64,000 nucleotides of DNA from Lama guanicoe. Lineage: Eukaryota. Location of the stretch: assembly GCA_013239625.1 (NCBI GenBank), contig MU053493.1:753793-817792 (forward strand), read 5' to 3'. The notes under the pieces are model-generated. The model did not search any database and was not told the DNA's origin. It saw only the letters and a list, made by a program, of their open reading frames with translations. The translations under genes were made by a program, and so were the position numbers. Each line of letters opens with the position of its first letter. The stretch's first letter is position 1. Positions 40,501 through 52,989 of the stretch are shown piece after piece.

Positions 40501-43500
40501 GGTTTGTCGATTTTATTTACTTTTTCAAAAAAAAAACAGCTTTTGGTTTGGTTGATTTTTTTCTATGGTCTTGTTAATCATTATTGTATTTATTTCCTCC
40601 CTGATCTGTATAATTTCCTTCCTCCTGCTGCCTTTTTGGCCTTTTTGTTCTTCTTTTTCTAATTCATTCAGCTGGTGGGTTAAATTGTTTATTTGAGATT
40701 GTTTTTCTTTTTTGAGGAAGGCCTGTATCACTATAAACTTCCATCTTAGCATGGCCTTTGCTATGTCCTATAAATTTTGTGTGGATGTGCTTTCATTTTC
40801 ATTTGTCTCAAGATACTTTTTAATTTCAGCTTTGATTTCCTCATTTACACATTGGTTTTTTAATAACATATTGTTTAATCTCCATGCTTTCCTTTTTTTC
40901 TCCTTTGTTTCTCTGTTGTTGATTTCTAGTTTCATGGCATTGTGGTCAGTAAAGATGATTGAGATAATTTCTATCTTCTTAAAATTGTTGAGGCTTCTTT
41001 TGTGCCCAAGTACATGATCAATGCTAGAAAATGTTCCATGTGCACTTGAAAAGAATGTATATCCTATTTTTTGGGAGTGTAATGCTCTGAAAATATCATC
41101 CACCAAATGTTTCTATTGTATTATTTAATTTCTCTGTTGCCTTATTTATTTTCTATCTGGAAGATCTGTCTAGTGATGTTAATGCAGTGTTAAAATCTCC
41201 AACTATGATTGTACTCACATCAATATCCCCCTTTATCTCTGTTAGTGGTTGTTTTATGTACTTAGGTGCTCCTATGTTGGGTGCATATATATTAACGAGT
41301 GTAATATCCTCATCTTATATCACTCCTTTAATCATTATAAAATGTCCTTCTTTATCTTTCTATATGGCCCTTGTTTTAAAGTCTATTTTGTCTGAAATCA
41401 GTACTGCAACCCCTGCTTCTTTGGCTTTTCCATTTGCATAGAATATCCTTTTCCATCCTTTCCCTCTTGATCTATATGTGTCCTTCTCCCTAAAGTGGGC
41501 CTCTTGTATGCAGCATACCAAAGGTTTTTGCTTTATTATCCAGTCTGCCACGCTATGTCTTTTAACTGGAGCATTTAGTCCATTAACATTTATGGTAATT
41601 AATGATAGATGTGTGTTTATTGCCACTTTGAACTTATCTTTGCGGTGATTTGGTATTTCCTCTCTGTTCCTTTCCTCTTCCTTTTGTGGCTTGGTAATTT
41701 TCCTTTGTATTATCATGAATTTTATTTAGTTTTTGTGACTCCCTTGTAAGTTTTCTGGATTATGGTTATCCTTTTTTGTAAGTCTAATATCCCATTACTA
41801 TAACTGTTTTTTTAAACTGATAGTAACATGATCTCAAACCCATCCTACCAAGACCAAAAAATTTTAAAAAGAAAGCAAAAATATATTCTATATTTTCCTG
41901 CCTCACTCTCCCACTGTCAGTGATTTGTATGTCTTCTTTTATAATTTTGTGTTTATTTTATTTGTAATTCATCAGTTATCTCCTTTCCAGTTGTGAGTTT
42001 CTCATTTCTGTAGCATCCTGCTGCTTTTCTATTTAGAATAGATCTTTCAGTTTTTCTTTTAGCGTGGGTTTAGTGTTGCTAAACTCTTTTAGTTTTTGCT
42101 TGTCTGTGAAATTCTTTATGTTTCCTTCTATCCTAAAGGATAGCATTGCTGGATTAAGTATCCTTGGCTGCATCTTTTTTTTCATTCAGGACTTTGAATA
42201 TATCTAGCCACTCCCTTCTGGCCTGTAGTGTTTGTGTAGAGAAATCAGCTGAGAGCCTTATGGGGGTTCCCTTGTAACTCACTCTTTGCTTTTCTCTTGC
42301 TGCCTTTAGGATCATTTCTTTATCCTTGACTCTGGCCATCTTGATTATGATATGTCTTGGTGTGGGTCTATTTGGGTTCTTCCTGTTTGGGACTCTCTGA
42401 GATTCCTGTCCTTGGATATCTGATTCCTTCTTTAAGTTTGAGAAGTTTTCAGTCATGATTTCTTCAAAAACCTTTTCAATCCCCTTTAATCTTTCTTCCC
42501 CTTCTGGGACCCCTATTATGCAAAGATTGGCATGCTTTATATTATCCCATAGGCCCCTTGTGCTATTTTCACTTGTTTATCTTGTAGCTCTTCTGTTTGG
42601 CGCTTTCTATTTTCCTGGCTTCTAGGTCACTAATTCGTTCCTCTGTATTATCTAGTCTGCTTTGCACAGCCTTTAGATCATACCTCATCTCAGCCAATGA
42701 GTTTACCAATTCTACTTGTCTCTTCTTTATAGCTTCTATTTCATTTTTAACATCTTTTATATCTCTAAACACTATTTCTTTTGGTTCCTTCAGTACTTTG
42801 ATCACTCCTTTTTTGAAATCTTGATCTAGTAGGCTATTGATGTCTATTTCATTGATTGTTCTTTCAGGGGGTTTCTCTTGCTCTTTTAATTGGGAATGGT
42901 TTCTCTACTTCTTCATCTTGCTCATACTTCTCTGGCACTGTGGTTATCTATTGTGGTCCTTACAGAGTTTATTTACTTATCTATCTAATGCCTTTGTAGG
43001 AATAACACTTAAAATTAAAAGAGAGAGAGAGAGAGCAAATTTTAAAAGAAGGGAGAAAAAAGGTTTTAAAACAGTGTATAATGAATAATAGAAGAGTAAG
43101 TTGAAGCAGAATAGCAATCGGGTTGCAATGTCTCTTAAAAATCTTTAAAAAAGGAGAAAAGAGGGGAAAAGTGTATTTGAAACCTGTGTATAATCAATAA
43201 CAGGACATCAAAACAGGAGAAAAATGAAATGATGTGATTTTAAAAAATAATAGTAATAAAAACATTTTTTAAAAATTTAAAAGGGATTAAAACTGGGAGT
43301 ATATATAACTGTTTAAGAAGTAGAAATTGAAAGGGTAATAGAAAATAGAATAGGAAAAAACAGATTTTTTAAAAAAGGGGGCAATGGTGTTCTCCTGGAG
43401 ACTGTGTGCTCTTAATGTGAAGTCTTTCTGTCTTCGCCCTGTTTTGGAAGCTCAGCTTGCTGTTTCCAGAGGCCCTCCATTGGTGCCTTCATCTGTGCTG

Positions 43501-44627
43501 CTCCCAGTGCCTGTCGGCAAGCAGATTGTGCCCCCTCCCAACACTGGGTCAGGTGCAGCTCTCCTTTGCTGTGGGCGGGAGGGTCACTGCCCCTCCCGAT
43601 GCTGCAGTTAGTTGTTGCAGACTTGCCCGGTAGGAGGGCGGGTCTCTCCCCTCCCAGCAACGTGGTCAGCGGCTACATTCCTGCCAGAAAGGTGTGGGGG
43701 GCGCCCACCCTCTCCTGGTGCCAGTCGCTCGGCAGCTCTGTGCTGCTGCGGGCTCTGTAGGCGGGCTCAAGGAAGACCAAGAAACAGCCCCATCCCTGCT
43801 CAGGGCCAAAACCCAGCTCCTTGTCTTGGTGGAACAAGTTCTCTGAGGTACTAGGACAGAAGGATCCTATCTGCCTCAGGCTATAGACAAGTCTCCGTCT
43901 GGCCCTTGAGGTTGCTAAGTCCTTAGGTGCAGATGCAGGTTTTGCCACTGCCCCTACCTGGGTGCTAAGCACCAGAGGATATGGTGGCTATGCCTGAGCC
44001 CTGCCTCTCTTCCCCCAAAAACTTTCCGCGGGTTTTCAGAGATGGGGGTCTGCACCCTTCCCCCCAGGGCACATCAGCCGTGTTGTTTTATGGAGGGCCC
44101 AGGTTGTTCTGCCCTGTACACCCACACCAATGGCACGCAGTCCCCTGCAGTCCGCCGGGGCTGCCTCAATGCAGCCATCCCTGTCCTCCACCCATCTCGG
44201 GCAGCCTGTCCTGCCCCCAGTTGCTGGGCCACATCTCGGGCTGGGTGTCGCGGGGACCCTCTGTGCTCTTTTAACTTAGTTCTGTCAGTCAAGGGCTGTT
44301 CTGTACAGATCTGAGCCTTGGAGTCTCCCTTTCCAATCAGCTGGCTTCTCTGGAGAGGGGAGACACAGCGAGTGAGCACCTGTCCTCCTTTGCTGCTCCC
44401 TCCCCGTGGGACCAGCCTGGCACTGTTTTGCCTTTTCTTCTTTCTTTTTTCCTTTTCTCCTACCAGATGTTTGGCTTCTCTGTCTCTTGAAGAAGATGAT
44501 GTTCTGTTGGAGTTCTGCAGATGCTCTGGTTGGCTGAGTGGGTCTGTGGATGTGAGTCTTGGTGTATTTGTGGGAGATGGTGAGCTACAAGCATCCTTCT
44601 ACTCTGCCACCTTGGGCTCCTCTCCCT
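37512..44627 (-). mobile_element. Full-length (~7.1 kb) lineage-specific L1, ORFs disrupted, inserted in an MLT1 LTR
   Basis: 5' end agggagaggagcccaaggtggcagagtag at 44627 with a GC-rich 5'UTR. ORF1 fragments (42569-42805; 42154-42456 KAAREKQRVSYKGTPIRLSADFS), EN (41360-41716), RT YADD (39270-39536), Cys-rich C-terminus (37997-38350), poly(A). TSD gaagtgtttYtt at 37500-37511 and 44628-44639. MLT1-like sequence on both flanks. Confidence 0.95.
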
Positions 44628-47600
44628 GAAGTGTTTCTTGATCAAGGTCTCTCTTGTGCCTGGGGTCAGACTGATGGCTTGAAGTCTGACGTTGTCTTAT
44701 CTGGAGGTTGCTGCTGGCCATTGGAAGAGCAAAGGCACTGTCAGCTGGGATACATACACAAAGCCCTTCTGAGCTTCCCTGTAGTGGGATGGTGGGTTCT
44801 AAGAGCAGACTTGTCAAGGAAACAGTGAGGAAGCATGTGCATGTCCATGAACTAGCCTTAGAAGTCACACAGCATCCCTTCTGTCACTAAATTTCACTTG
44901 CATTGAAGGGGAGAGGTCATAGTCCCCATCATTCAATGGGCGGTGTATCCATGCCATGTTTTATGAGAATGTGAGATGAAATATGTCGTGATGGTCACCT
45001 TTGGAAAACTCAGTCTTCCACGAAGGCTGGCTGACAACAAATGATGCTGGTTCATAAGCACACAGGAGACACCTCCAGATGGCATGAGAAATAAGGGAGA
45101 GAAACTCTGAAGTGGGATGAAGTTCCTCTGGTAGCACGTAGCCATGTGGTAAAGATGCAGAACTATGGGGTGAGTGTTCCAGACACCTTGTCATGATTGT
45201 GAAGAGAACTTTAGTGCCTGCAGGGATGTGCAGGCAACAAGGACATGGAGCCAGCAGAGGTCTGCTTCCTCCTCCTCTGCTTCATCAAAGCATCTCAACT
45301 TTTACTTTGCTCATTTATATAATGGTTCACATAAAGGGAAGCATTCTGCTGCTTAAAAGGTCGGTAACTTGCCAATGTGTGTAAGATTAAAGACATGCAG
45401 AAATGCTTGATTTGTGTTGGTCCAGCTGCTGCCAATGTTTTTGTTTGTTTTTTGTCCTTGTCAGAGAATGTGATGGGAAATATTGAGAGGGAATTGCCAG
45501 GAAATGAATGACAATTATATGACATTCATGCCACCACTTATCCTTTCAGATGTCAGATGTTGCTTGTTCCTTCTAATCCCTCCTCCCCACGTATCCTTCT
45601 GGCTGCTGCTACAAGTTGGATTTAGTGCAATAAAAAGTAACTGTTTACATGGATGTCATACTTACATGGACATTAAGGTCTCTGTCTTCCAGAAAGACCA
45701 CCATCCATCCTGGCCCTCACATGCCACATCCCTGTTAGACTTTCATTCATGAAAAGAAGGAAGCAAAGTGAACCCATTCATTTTGCTTATTGGATGCTCC
45801 TTTAGCAAAAGTTTATGGATATTTTCTTTACTATTGACCACATAAGTATGAAAGGCAAAGAGTTATAAGCTAGAAGAACAAAACAATATTAAGGAAAGCT
45901 CCTGTGTTAGTCAGGGTAGACTATAAACTTGTGCTGCGGTGACACATGACATGTAAATCTCAGCAACTTAACACACAGATTGCTTTTGTTCATGCAACGT
46001 TGGGGTAGCTCAGCCTGATCTCCAGTTTGCTGTCTTCCACTTGGGAACTCAAACATGCACGTGCCCTTGCTCTTGGGACTCCATCATCTCAGTACAGCCA
46101 CCATGGGGGGGAAAGATACTAAAAGTTGAAGAGCTTTTCACTACCTCAATCCAGAAGTGGTCCTTCAGTTTACTGTCCACTGATGAGAACTGGTTCTGTG
46201 GTCCTGCAGCCAGGAGCTGTGGTCTTCCTTATGGTCAGGGAGGACCAGGGAGGATAGCCAGAAACTAGAAGTGCCTGTCGTGGTATCAAATGTTGTCAAG
46301 GTTTTTTACAATCTTTTTGGAAAGCAATGAGGATAATCTTTGACTCGGTAATTCTATTCTTGGAGACTTGGTGAATTATTCTAAAGAAACAACCCCATAC
46401 AGAAAGTATCCCCTTGATCTCCTGTAACAACCTAGGCACTGATCAGCCATAGTTCACACAGCAGTATTTTATCATCATGCATTTCTGTGTCTGAACTTCA
46501 CACTAGCCTGTGCAACCTTTAAGGCATGATCAGGATCTTATTTAGTGTTGACTTTCAGGCCACAGAGATGCATAAAGTTAACCAACAATGTAAGTTGGAA
46601 CATAAATATCTATAAAGAGAGTCATTTATAAGTACCAAAAGTTCAGTCTACACTCATCATATCTTAGTGATGTATGGCTGGTAGAGAAGTCTCTGAGATG
46701 TCATGTAAGAAAATATTTCATGCTGGAGTTATAAAGGGTATGGATTGAAAGGAAGGATGGTGTTGGATGCAGCCTTTACTGGGATCTTCTAATTCACAAG
46801 CGCTGGCTGGCTTACTGAACCAACGCTGAGGAATATACATCTGAAGATTCAGGTCAACCAGCAGTGGGGTCTAAAATTACCCTTGTAGTCCTTTTTATGG
46901 TTTCTGGTGGATCCTGGGAGAAAGTGGAGTGCGAGCACATGCAGGTATGAACAAATGGCATCCTCTGTCCTTTTCGCCACCTTCACCTTAGGTTCTGATT
47001 AGCATGTCAACTTACCCACTCATCTTGGACACCGAAGAGCTCTTCAGCTTGTGTAGTCATTCCTGACTCTCTAGGATTTTGGTCTTGCCTTCCAATAGGT
47101 GGGATCCCACACTAACCCAGTCAGACCATTCTGAATCATGATGATACCTCTGATCTGACTCTGAGTGTTACTATTACTTGAAGACACCTGATGTCTTCCC
47201 TTGTCCTAGATAATAGTCAGTGCCTCCTTATGTATAGATGTTGATCTGGAACCCCACTGGGAGACAGAGAAAACCAGACATGCTAAAGAGCTTCAGGGTA
47301 TGCAATACTGAGTGGGTAAGTTGGCGTGCATATTCAAATTCACTCAACACCCATGTTGGTCTCTTTGCACCAGCCTCTAAATGCCTCTCTTCCCCACCAG
47401 CCTGGCACTGAAGTCCTAATATGAGCCTAGGGAACATACCTGAAATATAGGCAGTGTGATTTCCAGGTACAGCACAGATTGCAGGAAGAAACCGAGATGA
47501 GAATGAATATAGTGTATACAGATGTGGTATAATAGAGACTAGAGAATGAAACAAGTCATTTCATTGGGGGATGGTAGATGCTCAGGCTTGAAAGGTAGGA

Positions 47601-47669
47601 GGGAACTATGTTAAGGGGCACTTTGGATGCTCAGTTAAGGGAGTGTAAATTGACCCTGTAGAGGAGAAG

Positions 47670-47920
47670 TTAACCTGGTGTGGTTCACAGAGCTTGAGGT
47701 CAGTAAGCCCAGCGTAGATCTTTAATCTTGGTTCTAACACTCATTCCCTATGTGGCTGTACATACAGCTAATTTTCTAATCCTAATTTCTGCCCTGCAAA
47801 TTGAGGGCATGCCCTTTTTGCTGAGTTCTTGTGAAGATTAGAGTCAATGAATCTAAAAAATAAAAATAAAAATAAAAATAAAATAAAATAAAAAAGAGTA
47901 TCGTGCCTGACAGAGAGCAG
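47670..47920 (+). mobile_element. MIR fragment containing (AAAAAT)n
   Basis: MIR-like core (ctgcaaattgaggg...gtgaagattagagt) interrupted by an AAAAAT repeat at ~47855-47895. Confidence 0.5.
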
Positions 47921-48596
47921 ATATTTACAGCAGGCTAAATTCTCAATGAAAATTAGGGAGAATGTGTTGATAGGAGTGGGATTTTAGGAAGAACAACTTG
48001 TTTACTGGATGGGATTATAGTTGTGGCATATTACAAAGACAAGAAGAATCAATCAGTATACTATATAATAACAAGATACCAAGTTTGGACAAGTTAACCC
48101 AGGGAATACTGGAAGGAAAAAGAAGGGGAAAGAGCAGCACTCTGTACATGTCCCCCTGCCACCATGTGTCAAATGTACATGAGCTGGAGAATATTGGAGC
48201 TGGAGGAAGGAGATTTGTTGTGATGATGAGACTTAACTTTGGAATATGGAGTTTGACATCAAAGTGATGGATCCAAGAGAATATGTGTGCCTGACTGAGT
48301 CTTATGCCTGAAGCACAGGAAGAAAGTTAATGTTTGGGTTTGGAAATTTTCTGAGAAGTCATGCTGGAAGCAATGAGTGTGCCTAAGATTTGTTCCAAGC
48401 ACTAAACACATGCTTCTAAATGTCAGAGGAAAAAAAACAGTGAATACCAGATATTCATATCTAAAAACTGAAATGGTAGACACAGGTACACACATCTTGA
48501 GGATGGATTGGTACTCTGGTCTCTAAAAAAGGCAGCATCAGGTCCATATACTTAAAGCACTGTTCCTGGATCCACACTTGAGGTATTCCCAAGACA

Positions 48597-48612
48597 CCAC
48601 CAGATGGCGCCA
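48597..48612 (+). promoter_or_regulatory. Candidate CTCF binding site
   Basis: CCACCAGATGGCGCCA matches the CTCF core CCASYAGRKGGCRS. Upstream TGAGGTATTCCC loosely resembles the upstream (U) motif at a plausible spacing. Confidence 0.65.
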
Positions 48613-49624
48613 ACACTCAACTACATCTCTAGTACTTTCGGAGATCAGCTAAGTTCAAGAAGAAATTCAGGGCTACCATCTGATCCATAAACTTCACTCT
48701 TAATCCTGATGACAATAGCTCTTTGAATGACTTATTTAAAGTTTTGGTTCAAAGCCTCTCTGAGATTATTTGAGTTTTTTTTTAAACGGTTTCAGTCCTG
48801 GAGACTCATTTTAAATTTCATTTATATGAAGACTTAAAAATTTGGAAGTTTTAAAAATCATGGCAAAGTATTAATCAAAAAGATGAAGGCACACTTGGAA
48901 AAATAGTTGCTTACCATTTTCACTCTGAAAATAAATGGGATAATATAATCTGAATACTCTCTGACACTGACATCTAACATAGAAATCAAAACTACCCCAA
49001 TAGCAGGTTGGCTAAGTGATGCCAAGGTGAGTAATTATGGAAACCAGTCAGAGTCTTTTTTTTTTTTTTGGCAGGTGAACGTCTGAAGAGAGAAGTAAAT
49101 TCAAAATTTCTTTTTGGGCTTTGCCAGTGTTTTCTTTGATGTTGCTAATATTTATTTCCATGGTTGTCCTACTTTCTCATTGTTGACAGTAGGATTTCAT
49201 AACATCACTAAATATTTTCCATGTTAAAAAAATAAGAAGAAAAAAATTCAGGGCTATTCACTGTCTACTCATCTACTTGACTCAAGAAATTTGGTGTGGT
49301 AATTTACACAGATAGAGTTTGTAAAAAGAACTAAAAGCAGGACTATGTGTCTCCTGTATTTCCCCAGGACATGGGTCAGTGATCACAGAGAGCTATTAGC
49401 CGCTCTCTTAGAGGAATTAATAAGAGTGAGTTAATAACTAATTTCTGTTTTCTGAGGTCTCTTTTGATTAGATATGCTTGTTGTGCAGAAACTTCTTCAC
49501 CTTTTTCCATTGACGAATTTGTGTATTAATTAGCATTTTCATGATAACATGACTTTCAGGAAAATTAGCATTTAGGGTTTTCCTGCAAAATTAAGTCATC
49601 TGCTGTGAACATGCTAATTTCACA

Positions 49625-49700
49625 AAAGAGAGAAGAGGAGAGAAGATGAAAACGGAGGAGAGGAGGGGAGGGGAGGAGAGGAGAAAAGAAGGAGAGAATG
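49625..49700. repeat. Purine-rich (GGAGA)n-like low-complexity repeat
   Basis: Direct read. Confidence 0.8.
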
Positions 49701-49769
49701 ATATTGATAATGAAGTGCCACCATCTCCTAATAGGTGATGTCCTTGGGTCACTACATTTAATGTTTCAG

Positions 49770-51235
49770 CTTTCCATTGAAGTAAAATAAAATATATACA
49801 CAGAACAGTGTACTTATTATAAAGGTACAGCTCTATTAAAAATTAACAGCATCCCAGAAGCTTCCCTTAATATAAATTTATACCACACAGAATATACTGT
49901 GTGTTTGGCTTCCTCAGATCAAGGTTAAGTTTGTGAGGTTCATTCTTATTGAGGTGAACAGTTGCTGTTTCCTTCATTCTCACAGCTGAATAGCATTCCA
50001 CTGTGTCAGTACATCACAATCCCCATCTCCACTTATCCATTCAACTGTTTGTGGATATCTAGGGAGTTGCAAGTTTTGTACTTTTACAAACAGCACTGCT
50101 GTGACCAGTCTTGTACATCTCTTTTTGTGAATGTATGTACACATTTATATTGGGTATGTAAATAAAGGATAGAATTGTTGAAGCATGCATGTGTCAATTT
50201 TAGGCTGTACTGCTAAACAGTTTTCCACAATGATTATGTCAATTTACATTCCCATCAGCAGCATGCAGTTCCAGTTGCTATAAATCCTTGCTAACGCTTG
50301 GTATTTTTGCTCCTTTTCATTACAGCCATTCCTGGAGAATATGTTTTTCAGTTTCACTATACATTTCTCTAATAACCAGTGAAGCATATCATCTTTTCAT
50401 ATGTAAGCTAACCATTTCAAAACTTTGTTTTTGAACACTGTTCAATTATTCCAGCCATTAAAAAATTGGATTGCCAGCCTCATATTGGTTCATAATACAG
50501 TATTTCTTTATATAAATCACCTATCAGAAATTAAGTATTGCAAATAATTTCTCTCAATCTATAGATCTCATATTCACCGTCTTAGTGGGGTCTTTTGATA
50601 AGCCGAAATTTGTGTTTTTAATATAGTCTAAATATCATTTCCCTTCATAATTATTCCATTTTATGTCCTGTTTTAAGAAGTCTTTGTTTAAGCCAAGGCT
50701 GCATTGATGTTCCCCAATGTTTTCTTTAAAACACTTTATTCTGTACCATTTGCATTTAAGTCCATAATCCACCATAACAAGATTTTTGAATATGATGTGA
50801 GCTAGAGATTCAGCTGCATTATTCCTCCTTATTCCATATTATTTTCCTTACCTATGAAATTTTAGTATAATATTTTAATTTTCCTTTTTTTATATTCTTT
50901 TTCACCATAAGTTACTACAAGATATTGAATATAGTTTCCTGTACTATACAGTATGAACTTGTGTTTACCTTTCATATATTAATATATATTTATATTTATG
51001 TTTTTATACTTATATATGTAATATATATATATAAAATATATAATTAATATCTGCAAAACTCAAAGTCCAATTTATTCCTTCCTATCCCTTTCCCACCCTG
51101 TTAACCATAAATTTGTTTTCTATGTCTGTGAGTCTGTTTCTGTTTTGTAAATAAGTTTTTCTTTTCTTTTTTTAGATTCCACATATAAGTGATATGATAT
51201 GGTATTTTTCTCTTTCTGGCTTACTTCACTTCTAT
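49770..51235 (-). mobile_element. Old L1M 3' region (~49770-50830) plus a younger short L1 3' end (~50870-51235)
   Basis: Antisense L1 motifs (aatttacattcccatcagcag; ttagattccacatataagtgatat). Confidence 0.65.
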
Positions 51236-51750
51236 ACATTTCTTGTCTAATTCTCTAACATGTATTTGGCTATTTAAATAGACTTGTGATATATCACAAA
51301 ATCTGACAGACACTATACTTGTCAAGCCTTCTGAGTACAGACACACAAAAAATCCAAAGTTACTTACGCTGAAGGATGCCCATCAGGATGTTGAATAGCT
51401 TACATAAGTGATGATAAGTTTCCAGCATAACTCTGAAAATGGGCAGAAACCAAAGTAAGCATGGCAGTCAGAAGTGCAGTAAAATTCATGCCACAGAAAA
51501 AGCCTGCTGCTCTAGGGCACTGGACTCTCCTTATATAATGGGCTCCATGGCTGCTGTCCATCACCTGAATTCTCCAGGGGCCCTGTTGCAGGCTGGATTA
51601 TGATTCAGGCACAAGGAGCAGTTGCCACTGGTTACAGAGAGATTGTATCCTTACATTTTGCCACCTGTAATGATACTCGTCAAGATTACACAGTGAGTAC
51701 TGGGACAACTTGAAAAATTTCCAGATGTTTTCAAGTTGAATAGACAGCAA

Positions 51751-52722
51751 GACTTAATAATAAATAACCAAACAACCCAATCTAAAAATGGGCAAAAGAC
51801 CTAAACAAGCAATTCTCCAAGGAAGACATACAAATGATCAGTAGGTACATGAAAAAATGCTCAGTATCACTAATTGTCAGAGAAATGCAAATCAAAACTA
51901 CAATGAGGTATCACCTCACACCAGTCAGAATGGCCATCATTCAAAAATTCACAAATGACAAATGCTGGAGAGGCTGTGGAGAAAGGGAAACCCTCCTACA
52001 CTACTGGTGGGAAGGTAGTTTGGTGCAGCCACTGTGGAAAACAGTGTGGAGATTTCTCAAAAGACTAGGAATAGACTTACCATATGACCATGGAATCCCA
52101 CTCCTGAGCATATATCCAGAAGGAACCCTACTTTAGGATGACACCTGCACCCCAATGTTCATAGCAACACTATTTACAATGTCCAAGACATGGAGACAGC
52201 CTAAATGTCCACCAACGGATGACTGGATAAAGAAGCAGTGGTATATTTATACAATGGAATATTATTCAGCCATAAAAAATGGACAAAGTAACGCCATTTG
52301 CAGCAACATGGATGTTCCTGGAAAATTTCATTCTAAGTGAAGTAAGCCAGAAAGAGAAAGAAAAATACCATATGAGCTCACTCATATGTGGAATCTAAGA
52401 AGCAAAACAAAACAAATGAAATATAAATACAAAACAGAAACAGATTCATAGACATAGAATACAAACTTGTCGTTTCCAAGGTGGGGGTGGGTGGGAAGGG
52501 ACAGACTGGGATTTCAAAGTGTAGAATAGATAAACAAGATTATACTGTATAGCACAGGCAAATACAGGGAAATATACACAAGATCTTATGGTATCTCACA
52601 GAGAAAAAAATGTGACAATGAATATATATATGTTCATGTATAACTGAAAAATTGTGCTCAACACTGGAATTTGATACAACATTGTAAAATGATTATAAAT
52701 CAATAAAAAATATTTAAAAAAA
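51751..52722 (+). mobile_element. 5'-truncated L1, same family as the 37.5-44.6 kb element
   Basis: ORF 51834-52136 is nearly identical to the 37997-38350 translation. Imperfect 13-bp TSD gaatagacagcaa (51738-51750) / gaaaagatagcaa (52723-52735). Confidence 0.9.
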
Positions 52723-52989
52723 GAAAAGATAGCAAATGTCCAAATACAACACTCCTTTGGGTGTTCAACATCTATACACACCCTTCTTCTCCTAAAAATA
52801 TCATGTCCAAATTGAAATCTCCTTCATAAAATAGAAAATCTCTACCAACATTGGAAAATCTCATCAAAGACTACATCCAACAACCAGTCCACTGGTAGCT
52901 ATCCCTTTCTAGTTTCACAAAATTTGCCTTGGAATATCTTTCACAAACAATGTGCAGAAATAATAACAGTAGCATACATGATTCTGGCA

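Noticed and set aside
37512..44627. Retrotransposition-competent L1
   Set aside because: Both ORFs are broken into many short frames, and the 5' YY1 motif is altered (caaggtggc).
49027..49074. Strong donor AAG|GTGAGT followed by a poly(T)-GGCAG acceptor
   Set aside because: The implied intron is only 48 nt, below the usual mammalian minimum, and there is no exon context.
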